DNA of 64,000 nt from Hypanus sabinus (lineage: Eukaryota), in contig NC_082736.1 of assembly GCF_030144855.1 (NCBI RefSeq), positions 9,176,001-9,240,000 of the forward strand, read 5' to 3'. The position numbers and the translations under genes were made by a program. The notes under the pieces were generated by a model that saw nothing but the letters and a program-made list of their open reading frames with translations, did not search any database and had not been told where the DNA came from. Position 1 is the first letter of the stretch. The number at the start of each line of letters is the position of its first letter. Shown in pieces: positions 13,888 to 24,532 of this stretch.

Positions 13888-14377
13888 ACTACCACGGCAA
13901 AGGAAAGGGCTGCCAAATACTGTACATGTTTGATGTTGGTGTTTTGTGTAAATAAACTGTAGTTTTGTAGGTGGGACCTGAATGAAGGTCAGTCGGCAAT
14001 GCTACCGGGTAGTTTATCATATATCCTCCCACTGCAGTCCGTCCCCAGAGACGGATCCCTCTCTCAACACGCCCCCTCCCCTCTCGCATAGGTGTCAGGA
14101 GTTCCCAATCAACTCAGCTGAATCTCCACTGGTGTCTGTCTCAGTCACTCTCTCCCAGATCGGAGAAGGAATTGGCCCTGAAACTGCCCACATCCCTTAT
14201 CTCCCAATCTCAGCTCGGGCATCCGTGTCTCATTTCAGACACCGAGACGTCACGGCCGCACCATATGTCAGGTACCGTCAATCTCCGGTTCTATGTGAGA
14301 AGTTCCCCCGGAAAGCTCAATCGGACCCGGCGCGGGAATCACAACACTTTGAAAAAGCTCTTTTCTGAGATGTGGGT

Positions 14378-14393
14378 GGCTCTGAGAAGAGCC
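14378..14393 (-). promoter_or_regulatory. Histone 3' stem-loop (H1)
   Basis: Minus strand GGCTCT-TCTC-AGAGCC followed by ACCCA. Confidence 0.95.
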
Positions 14394-14430
14394 GTTGGGT
14401 TCAGATACACACAAATGGTGGAATCTCAAT

Positions 14431-15017
14431 TCACTTTTTGACTGCTGTCTTCTTGCGTTTCGCGGATTTCGACTTCGGCTTCTTGGCCGCCTTCGTCTTC
14501 GGGGCTGCGGCTTTCTTGGGGCTCTTGGGCTTCGGCGCCGCTTTCTTAGCCGCTGGTTTCTTAACTCCCGCTTTCATAGCCGCTGGTTTCTTAACTCCCA
14601 CTTTTTTAGCCGCTGGTTTCTTGGCGCCAAGCTTCTTGCTGGGAGATTTCTTTGCCGCTGGCTTGTTCGCTTTCTTCACCACCTTCAGGGCACTTTTCCC
14701 TTTACCGGATTTAAAGGATCCCGAAAGACCAGAGCACTTCATCTGAACCAAGGAGCCGCTTTCCACTTTCCTCTTGATGCTCATCTTGATCTGGGGCGAC
14801 GTTTCACCACATCGACACCGCTGTCGGCCAGAGCCTTCATGATAGCCGCACCGGACATACCCTTCCTATCGCGACAACCCGCCACGATCTTATCGATCTG
14901 TTCGCCCAGCGAGGGACCGGTTGGTTTGCTCCGGGCAGCCGCTTTCTTCTTGGGAGTCTTCTTTGCGGCGGCGGGTGCGGCTGGAGGAGCCGTTTCGGCG
15001 GGTGCTGTCTCAGTCAT
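14431..15017 (-). pseudogene. H1: Histone H1 with 1-nt frameshift in the globular domain
   Basis: MTETAPA...KALADSGVDV (14781..15017) plus SGSLVQ..G.SGSFK and a K/A/P-rich tail (14431..14784); shift at the G4 run ~14793-14796; 587 nt in total. Confidence 0.88.
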
Positions 15018-15093
15018 GTCGGCGACTCTGATAAATCCTTCTCACAATCAGAACTGAATGAGAAATGAAACGAAAGGTGGCGGCACAGAGCCA

Positions 15094-15154
15094 TTTAAAG
15101 GCAGCGAGCGGACATCCTGCTGGCAGCTCCCGGCGGCTTCATTTTTCTGTGTTT
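15094..15154 (-). promoter_or_regulatory. H1 promoter: TATA-like element and H1 (AC) box
   Basis: TTTAAA at 15094-15099 and AAACACA (plus-strand tgtgttt, 15148-15154), the vertebrate H1-box motif. Confidence 0.7.
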
Positions 15155-15544
15155 CTCTCTCCTCAAAAACTCGCCGATTCCAACTGAAATCGGACGCTGC
15201 GGAGACTCGGACTAGTCCCTGTCTGTCACTGAGGCCAAAATGTTCGCTGGAAAGAAAGTTTAATCGGGATTAAAGGCAGCGCTTTCTATTTTAACCCGTT
15301 TCATTACTGCATTGCCCGCGATCTCTCTCCCGATCGTTGATCTGTTCTGTGGTTTGTGCTTTGTGGTTGAATTATTTAAACTAATTAAAACTTTGTGGTT
15401 AATTCCCTCTTCGGGACAGAGCCGGGGAGTGGGGCGCTTCCGTAACAGAAAAATCTTTTCAATTTCCACAGGAGGCGCTGAGAAATCCTACGCTGTGTTA
15501 GGACTCACAAACACAGGGACACTGGTCTAAGCCGCCACTCCTTT

Positions 15545-15616
15545 AACTCACTCTCTCTGACACAATACACACTCAATGCTAACTCACTCTCTCTGACACA
15601 ATACACACTCAATGCT
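15545..15616. repeat. Perfect 36-bp tandem duplication
   Basis: aactcactctctctgacacaatacacactcaatgct twice, abutting a Penelope pLTR piece. Confidence 0.9.
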
Positions 15617-15770
15617 GACGGAAATCAGCAACTCAGGCAGCATCAATGGTGGGAATAAACAGCCGACATTTCGGGCTGAGACCCTTCCTCAGGACTCTGG
15701 TGGGAGATGCTGCCTGACTTGCTGGGTTCCTCCAGCATTTTGTCCGCGTTGTTCGCGATTCCCAGAATAT
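15611..15770. mobile_element. Penelope-derived short element with inverted pLTR arms
   Basis: Arms 15611-15644 and 15706-15739 are reverse complements (with mismatches) flanking a hammerhead-like core. Confidence 0.7.
15661..15696 (-). ncRNA. Minimal type I hammerhead-ribozyme-like motif (PLE type)
   Basis: Minus strand AGUC-CUGAGGA-A-GGG(UCUCAG)CCC-GAAA-U-GUC-GGCU: both conserved core boxes, stem II, and a short stem I. Confidence 0.55.
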
Positions 15771-15899
15771 CTTGGCCTTATGCTGATACACTGTTCACAT
15801 CTGCACCTTCATCGCATTGTACTGCCGTCAAAATAAAATGATAGATTCCTTGTCATATAACACGATGAGAAAGTATTCTGATTCCAAAGTATGAAGGAC

Positions 15900-18800
15900 A
15901 ACGGACATTGTCTGACCAACCTCTCTGTGTAACTGAGAACCTCAGGTCCCGGAAACATCCTTGGAAATATTTTCTACACTCTCCACACTCTCCACTTTCC
16001 TAAAATGATGACAAGAGCTGTACACAAAACAATAACTGTGGTCTGCAGTCACTAATATAATGTCCCATAATGTCCCAACTGATATACTCAATCCCCTGAC
16101 TAATGAAGACCAGCATGTTAAACCCCGTTCTTCACCACCATGTCTACCAGTGAGACCACTTTCAATGAACTGTGTGTGAGAGATTTACCCCTAAATCTCT
16201 CCAGCCCAATACACTCCCTAATGACCGACCATTCATAGTCTAAGTTCTACACTGGTTTGACTTTGCAATGTGCACTGTCTCACATTTATCTGCATTGAAA
16301 TGCATTTGCCACGCTGTGGCCCTCTTCACTAAATGATCAAGATTGCCAGGTTCAATAAGAAATACAGAATAAACTAAACAGTATAAAACATGATCAGGGA
16401 GGGATGTGATTCTGAAGGTGAGAATGGGAAACCTGAATCCTGATCCAGTCTTGCCTCTCTTTTACTCTTTAAATGTCTGAAAAAAATCTTGTATCCTCCT
16501 TTATACTATTGGCTTGTTACTTTAATAATTTATCTGTTCTCTCCATATTACTATTTTAGTTACCTTCTGTTCTTTTCAAGTTATTCAGCTTCCCACTAAC
16601 TTTTGTGATATTCTCTGCTGTCTCATGTTCTTTTATGCTGCCTTTGTCTTCTATTGTTGGTGATGGTTGCCTCATTCTCCCTTTCGAATATTGTTTCTGC
16701 TGAGGGATGAACTGATCCTGCATCTGCCAAATGACTCCTGGAAACTGAAGCTTTTCATACAAAGGTAATCTGGTTAATGCTGGGGAAGTCAAAAAGCCCG
16801 ACTGCTGTAAACCTGTTTCCATTACACCTCTGTGTGATTTACCAACATGTCTGCTCCACAATATCTCAGCCTATTGGGAGGTGAGCAGTGTAATCCCATC
16901 AAAATCACCATTCATCATTTTATTTAAATCCTTTACTTAGAAAACCTCATCAAATCCCTCACTTATTGCTGCAGTGTTGGTCTCCTTAATCAAACATGCA
17001 ACATCCCCCCACCTGTCAGGTAGCCTTTAAATGTTTCCCCTACACCTTAAACAATTGTCCTGTAAATTTATACTTCCCTACCCTGACACAAACAGTTATT
17101 GTGTACTGATTTTGTAAACCTTTGGATGGTCACTAGTCAGCCCCTTAATCTTTCAAGTGAGAAAGAGAGTCCCAGTCTGTCCAAACTTCTGCTAATAATT
17201 CAAATCCTCCAGTGTCAGTAACACCCTCCTCAAACCTCTCTCCACACTTTCCAGCTTCATGACATCCTTCCTGTAGCTGGGTGACTAGAACTGGACCCAA
17301 TACAGTGCAATCTCACTTTGACGATTACGGTTGTCATATGACATCCCAAATCCTGTAACTCATTTCCCTGACCAATGAAGACAAATAGGCCAAACATCAT
17401 CTTCACCATCCTGACTACCTACAATACTTTCCAAGGAACAGTATTTACTGTGCAGGTCCGTCCCTGGTTGGACTTCTCAAAATGCAAGAGCTCATACTTG
17501 TCCACATCAACATCCATCTGTCATTCTTTGGCCGACTTCCCCAGGTCATCTCGATCCCGTTGTACTCTCAAAGAATCTTCACTGTCCACTCTCCCACCAA
17601 CATTGCTGTCATCTGCAAACTCACTAATCACATCCACAACAATGTCAAAGAAACTGTTCACATCGATGACAAATGACAGTACAGAACCGATCCCTGTGAA
17701 CGTCACTGGTCAGAGGCCTCCAACCTGAATGATAAGCTGCCACAACCACCCTCTGTCACCTTCTATCAACCCAATTTTGTGACACTGATATTAGGCAGTA
17801 TCTTGTCTGGCATCCTTTCTGCTCCAAATGTGTAATACAGAAGAAATAAGGAATAAAGAAAAACATATCTTCCTACAGCCTACACCGATCAGAAGTGCCA
17901 AAGCCTCAACTCTCCACTCCAATTTCTGGCCCACTCATACAATGAGTGCTCTCTTTAAATCTAAATTCTTTTTATTGGATCTTGGTAAGTGCCTAACTAT
18001 GCACAATCAAATGCCTCCCAGGGAACTATGACATGCAAAATATGCCAACTGCCCATGTTCACTTCATTTAAACTCCCTCTCCGTCTACATAATCATATGA
18101 CTGTTTGTGACTGTGGTGCACAAAATTGTAAATTGCAGTAATCCAAAGTACATGCCTGCACTGTTCGACAAGACCAGACATGATAAAACAAACAAAACAC
18201 TGTATAACAAACGAGAATCCCCTAACTGAGAGGAGTAGAGATGCTGAATGACCATAAAGATTTAAAGAGAAGCAGGATAAAAGTTTATAAAATCAGGGAA
18301 GTGGGATCAACATACAAGAGGAGGCTGATGGCAGATCGGCCTTTATATGGAATTGTGGGTGAGGGACTAAGAAAGAAGACACTGGAGGGTTTATCCAATG
18401 AGAGAGTGTGAAGAGAGCTCAGTGCTACAGGCCTCCCAAATGCCAGCAGGAGGCAAAGAAACAAATATAGAAGGAAATGAAAGATGTAAAAGCAACAGGG
18501 ATGTTGTAGAGGGTGACTAATGTCCCGAATGTTGACTGGGACTCTCTTAGAGTCAGGAGCTTAGATATCATTGCATATGTTAGAAGAATAAGGGGATGTT
18601 TCTTAACATACAAGTGGGTAGTCTTACCAGGGAAGTGGGTCATAGAAGACATTGTATTAGGAAATGAGCCTGGCTGCTGATAGAAGTTTCATTCTGGGAG
18701 CAGCAAATAAGCACAAGCATTGTCACAGAGGTAATGTGGTCAATTGGGATATAGCTAAGGGCAACTGTGTTGGACAACAACTGAGGAGAGGGGAATGGGT

Positions 18801-20640
18801 GCAGCTGTGATTTGTCCGTCCACATTTGACATGTTACTAATGGTTAAAGGACAGAATTCAGACTGATTTTATGTGGAGGAAAGACAAGGTTGTTAAAGTC
18901 TGGCATAGGGGTATGGTAAGAGATGTTATGAATTCAGTCTGAAAGAAAATAAAAGATAAGACATGTTTCAGGTGTATGAATTGGAGATTGCCTCTGGCAA
19001 TATGAAGCAAGCAAGACAGAAGTTAAACAGATAATCAGACATGTCAAACGGGGACAGCAAATTATTTTGATGAGAATGGGCACTATGGAGAGCGTACGAC
19101 AACACAAGGACAAAAGAGAGAGTTTTCATCTGAAGTGGGTGAGGGACTAAACCAGTACTTCACATCAGTATTCATCAATGTGGTCATGGAGGATAGTGAG
19201 ATCAGAGAAGGAAATGCTGATATTCCAGGGCATGTTGTTCCTCAGGCAATAGAGTCAAACCAGGAAATTATGGACTGGTGAGACTTAGATCAATGCTCGG
19301 GGAATTGTTCAAGAATATTATTAGACATAGGATCTCTTATAAAAGTTAGGACTACGATAGGAGAAGATCAGGATTTGGAAGGAAAAGTGAGCAAAATCCC
19401 CTGAGATTCACTCGGTACATTCAGAGGAAAAGGAAAGTTAGACAGAATTGTTCCGCTTGGAGATGAGGATGGCCATCTTTGTATGGAATTAAAGGAAATA
19501 GGAGAGGCTTTCCATGAATATTTCTGACAGTTATTTCACCATTGAGAAAATTATGGAGAGTGATGGAGTTAAGGAAATGGCATGATTCAAATGTGATATC
19601 TTAGGCCACATTCAAATTAGCAGGGATCTATATTGGAGGCCTTAAGATGCTTTAAGGTTGTTAAATCTCCCGGGCCTTATCAGGTACATTCTTGTATTTT
19701 GGAGGAAGTTTTGAGAAACAGGATCTACCAACATTTGGTCTGATTCAAGACAGACCACACAGTTTTGTGCAAGGGAAATTATGTCTGGCAATTATCTTGC
19801 TGCTCTTTGAGGAGTATCACAAGTGCGTAGATGAGGCTAGTTGTGGATGTTGTCGAAATGGACAGTAGACAGGCCTTTGACTCTGGTCTGGGAGGTTAGA
19901 TCTGAGAGATGGAATCCAGGGGAGATGGTTGATTGGTTTCATAATTGCCTCAGTGACAGGAAACAGAGGCTGACGGTTGAGGGCTGTGCCTCAAACTGGA
20001 GGTCTCTGTCTAGTTGTGTGCCACTAGGTGCTGGGACCTTTTTGTTAGTAATTTATAGAAACAATGTCCACATGAATGCACAGTTCACTGAAAGCGACAT
20101 TTCAGTTAGATATGGTCTTTGACCTGCTGGCCTTCTTCAGTCATTGCAGAGTATAAGAGTTGAGAAGATTTTTCTTTGATTTTGGAAGATATGTTGTAAA
20201 TATAAAAGTCTTTGGTGAGGACTGACAGGGGATATTGTGTATAGTGTTGATCAGAAACAGTTTTTAAACTAGAGAGAGTGCAGAGAGAATAAAATAGCAG
20301 ATGTTTGCTTCATCCTGGGGAGTCTGAGTTACAAGGAAAGGTTATTGTATAGACTAGAATTTTATTCCCTGGAGCAGAGCAGATTCAGAAATGATCCTGG
20401 TAGAGGTATGTAGATCATGAGGAGCACAGACAGGGTAAAAGCACGTAGTCTTTTTCGCAGGAAATGGCTGGTAAAAACAAGAAGGCAGGTATTTCAGATC
20501 AGGCATAATGGACAGAGGGTGGTGTGTATTTTGAATAAACTGCCAGTGATTGTGGCGGACACATTAGAAACATTTTAAATTTGCGATCAGAGCCGGTTGC
20601 CACATCACAGGAAGGACGGTTTCAGTTATAAGGCGAGGTT
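15900..20640. mobile_element. Old CR1/LINE fragments (mostly - strand to ~17770, + strand from ~18200)
   Basis: ORF 17521..17706 has ISEFADDSNVGG; ORF 19841..20122 has WFHNCLSDRKQRLTVEG...VPLG. Confidence 0.65.
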
Positions 20641-20956
20641 GAACAAGCACGGACCCCCGGGTGCAGAGTGCTTCCCCTCCCCCCTCCGTGGGGCCTTACC
20701 ACCTTCCCACGCCCGTTGCCGAGGAAACGATTCAAACAGACTGCGTGTAACTGCCTTGCCAACGTCACATGATATCCTGGTTGCAGCCCGGGAGGAGGAG
20801 CAATGTAGTTGTCAATCACAGGAGCAACAGCAGACAGTGGCTGCACACCAAGACATTTCGGTGTAAAATCTCTAACTGGGAAAAGGAAAACGAACCTGTT
20901 GTAAAGGAAAACAACAAAGATGTATGAAAAAAAGAAAGTGAGCGAGATATAAAGCT

Positions 20957-21130
20957 ACAAACAAGAGATAATTTGCAGATGTTGGAAATCTAAACGCACA
21001 TAAAATTCTGGAGGACCTCAGCAGGCCAGAAAGAAAAGCAGGACTGCCGAATGGTCTCGGCCCAAAACGTCGACTGTGCTTTTTTTTCCCATATATGCTG
21101 CCTGGCTTGCTGATGCGTCCAGCATTTTAT
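20957..21130. mobile_element. Penelope-derived short element with inverted arms and 13-bp TSD
   Basis: Flanked by gagatataaagct (20944-20956) and gagatacaaagct (21131-21143); inverted pLTR arms and a degenerate hammerhead motif at ~21043-21076. Confidence 0.7.
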
Positions 21131-21449
21131 GAGATACAAAGCTGGAGAGATTTGAAAACTAACGCTGAGGTATTTAATATGAACAGACTTATTGCTGAGA
21201 ATTTTAACTATATCTGTAAAGCACTGTGAGTTTCGGAGATGGTGCGGGTGTTAATGGCAAAAAATAAAGAAATAATAGATTAACAAAGAAGTTTTAACCA
21301 CCAGCTTGATAACACATGGGTTCCCTCACTGCTGGAATACTGCCTGCAGGTTTGGCGTCACACTGTAGAAAAAACATGATCACTGTAATGGGTGACCTGG
21401 GGCTCTGGTCCCCATCCCCTGTCAATCCCAGGGAGCAGGAATGAATCTC

Positions 21450-22960
21450 CCTGACAGTGTGGAGCAGGTTTACCAGGATGTTGTCCGGGATGAAGCCTTT
21501 CTGTTGTAAAACCATTAAATATAGGAGCAGAGTTAGGCACTTTGGCCCATTGAGTCTGCTCTTTCACTTCATCATGGCTGATCCATTTCCCTATCAGCCC
21601 CAATATCCTGACCTCCCTTTAACCCACCATGCCCTGACAAATCAAGAATGTATCAACATCTACCTTAAATATACCCAATGATGGCCTCTGGCAAAAAATT
21701 CCATAGGTGAACCACTCTCTGGCTAATTAAATTCCTCCTCATCTCCATTTAATTTGATGTCCCTCTAGTCAGAGGCTGTGCCCCTCTATAGGAAATATCC
21801 TCTCCCTATCCACTCTGCCGAGTTCTATCAACATTCACTAGGTTTCAGTAATCTCCTCTGAACCCTCTCCAATGTCAGTACACCTTCCTTAGGTAAGGGG
21901 CCCAGAATTGATCACAGTACAAATGAACATTCAGCAACCTGGGATGATGAGAGAGGAAGTTAGTCAAGGAGGAGGAAGAAGCATATATAAAGCTTAGGAA
22001 ATGGAAATCACCAAGGTGAGGTGTTTGACAATGTCCCACCTGATACCTCAACAAGGAATGTAGGTGATATGGCTGATTGACTTCCCCATGGAAGTGAAAG
22101 GGGAGTGGTGCATGGGTCCTGTTCGCGGTGCAGGATGTGATGAGCAGTGATCCACAGAGGTCTATATTTGTTTATGATGTAAATGATGTGGATAACAATG
22201 CGGTAGTGTGTGTGAGTAAACTTGCAGATGACATAAAAATTTGTGGCACTGTGCATTGCACAGAAGAGTTCCAAAGGAAACAGCAGAATATCGATCGGTT
22301 GCTGATATGGGCATAGAAGTAGCAGATGGACTTTAATCCGGCTGCATATTGGGAGATCCAACATAAAGGTTGGGTAAACAGTTAATGGCAGGAACATTAA
22401 CAGTATTGATATACAAAAGAATGGTAGGCTGGTTCCCTAAAACTGGGATCACAGGTTGGCAGGTTGGTAGAGCCGGTGTATAACATGTTTGCCTTCTCCA
22501 GGCTAGGCACTGAGTTCAAGCACCAGGACATTGTGTTACAGTTTATAAAATGCTGGTTAGGCCACATTGAGAGTAGTGTTCAGTTCTGGACACCACATTA
22601 TAGAAAGCATGTGCAGGTTGTGGAGCAAGGGCAGAAGTTGTTAAGCAGGATGTCTGGAGGAGGAGTGTGGAGAGGAGAGGCTCGACATGCTGGAGCATTT
22701 TCCTCTGGAGTGGCGTCAGCTTAGGAGAGATTTTATAGAAAGTTATACCATTTTTGGGACATAGCTGGCATAGACACTCAGTGGTATTTTTCACAGGGGT
22801 GAAATGTCTTCTAGAAAGCATGTATTTAAGATCAGAGGAAGAAAGTGAAGAAAACAGAGTGATGGGGACTTGGAATGCACTGTCAGGGGTGGTGGCAGAG
22901 GCAGAGGGCACAGGGGTATTTAGGGAAGTCTTAGACGCAGGAATTTGTAGAGAAGTGACT
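21450..22960. mobile_element. Old CR1 fragments
   Basis: VSKLADDIKICG (22128..22316); HIESSVQFWTPHYRK (22464..22724). Confidence 0.7.
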
Positions 22961-23520
22961 AGTACTGCGGTGCTGAAGAACTCGATCCACCCGCCCCCTC
23001 CCTTTTCTCTCTGGCACAAACCGAAGTCTGTCTCAGAGCGACCCAGCGCCCGCAGAGGGAGCCTGTCGGGAGATCTGACCAAACTGACCGTTTCTTTCGC
23101 AAAATGTTCGTTTATATTCAGAGACCCAGATGGACGAGATTTTCAGTAAATACTGTCGGTAAATGTACCTTTGTAGGTAACTGTAAAGCAGCAAATATTA
23201 TTGTTCTGTGAGGCGATGGGAATTGCTCATGATTAACGAACAGGCGATGCTGCTGCCTGCTGCACACCGGAACAGTCCAGGGTCAACCCGCAACGCCGTT
23301 TCACGTCATGAATGCCGGAGTCATTCAGTGACCGCAGATTAAATTCTCCTTCTGGGGGTGCCTATCTGCAACAGCAGGAAGCTCCTTTCAGCCCGAAGAG
23401 AGGGGAAAATAAGTCAGGACTGTCAAGTCTGTTCAAACATATGAATTTACTTTGCGGAAAAAAACATGTTGAGGCTGTGACAGGTGCGGTATATCGAACG
23501 GTCGGAAATCACCGGCTGCT

Positions 23521-23568
23521 CAGCCCTTCCACAGACATTGAGAGCGGCTCTGAAAAGAGCCTTTGGGT
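23521..23568 (-). promoter_or_regulatory. Orphan H2A-type histone stem-loop and downstream element
   Basis: Stem-loop at 23546-23561; the 48-bp context closely matches the H2A 3' end at 40757-40804; no histone CDS upstream. Confidence 0.85.
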
Positions 23569-24532
23569 AAATAGGTTTTCTGATTCAATCTCTGCATTCT
23601 CCATCTCTCCCTGTCAACCTGCAAACCACAGGCGAAGCCCATTACATACACTCCATTCTTCAAAACCTCTGCAAGACCGACCCCACCTTGAACCTACCAC
23701 CCTGCCCCGGGGTGAAGCCTCACCTCCAGCCTGAACTGAGACTCATAGTGGAGCAACACTAGTCACCAGCATCAGATCACAAAGCCACCCTCTGCCATCA
23801 CTCTGTCTCCTATTGCAAAGCCAATTCTGGATCCCCCTTAACCAATGGCCTGACTGAGGCCCATATGAACAACATCACTAAACTTTCTCAGCAGACATGG
23901 GTGAGGGAGTTTAGGACCAATGAACTAGTCTGTGTCTGCAGGGATGACCACATTGACCACATAGGCGTAGACAATTATGACAGGCACTGATCGTGTGGAT
24001 ATTCAGAGGCTTTTCCCCGGGGCTGAAATGGCTAACATGAGAGGGCATAGTTTAAGTTGCTTGGAAGTAGGTACAGAGTAGATGTCAGGGGTAAGTTTTT
24101 TTTTTACGCAAATTGGGGTGAGTGCGTGGAATTGGCTGTCAGTGACGGTGGTGGAGGCGGAAACAATAGGGTCTTTTAAGAGACACCTGGATGGCTACAT
24201 GGAGCTTAGGAAAATAGAGAGCTAGATATAAAGGCTAGGTCAGGGGTGTCAATCTACTGGCCCATGGGCCGCATATGGCCCACGAAGGGGTCCAGTCTGG
24301 CCTGCAGGATGATTTGGGGGAAAAAAGTATATTCATGACCACTTATTATGCATGAGTACGGCAGCCGTGCAATAGGTGGCAGTTTAACAACAGCAGTGCA
24401 TAAGCACCTACCACCCCACACTGAAGACCATTACGGTCCCACGTACGTTGTCAGACGCAGTATAAACACACAGAGTACTCGGGTCAGCAACACCTTTAGC
24501 AAGGCTGAGTCCTTTTGCTGCTGTGGTTCAAA

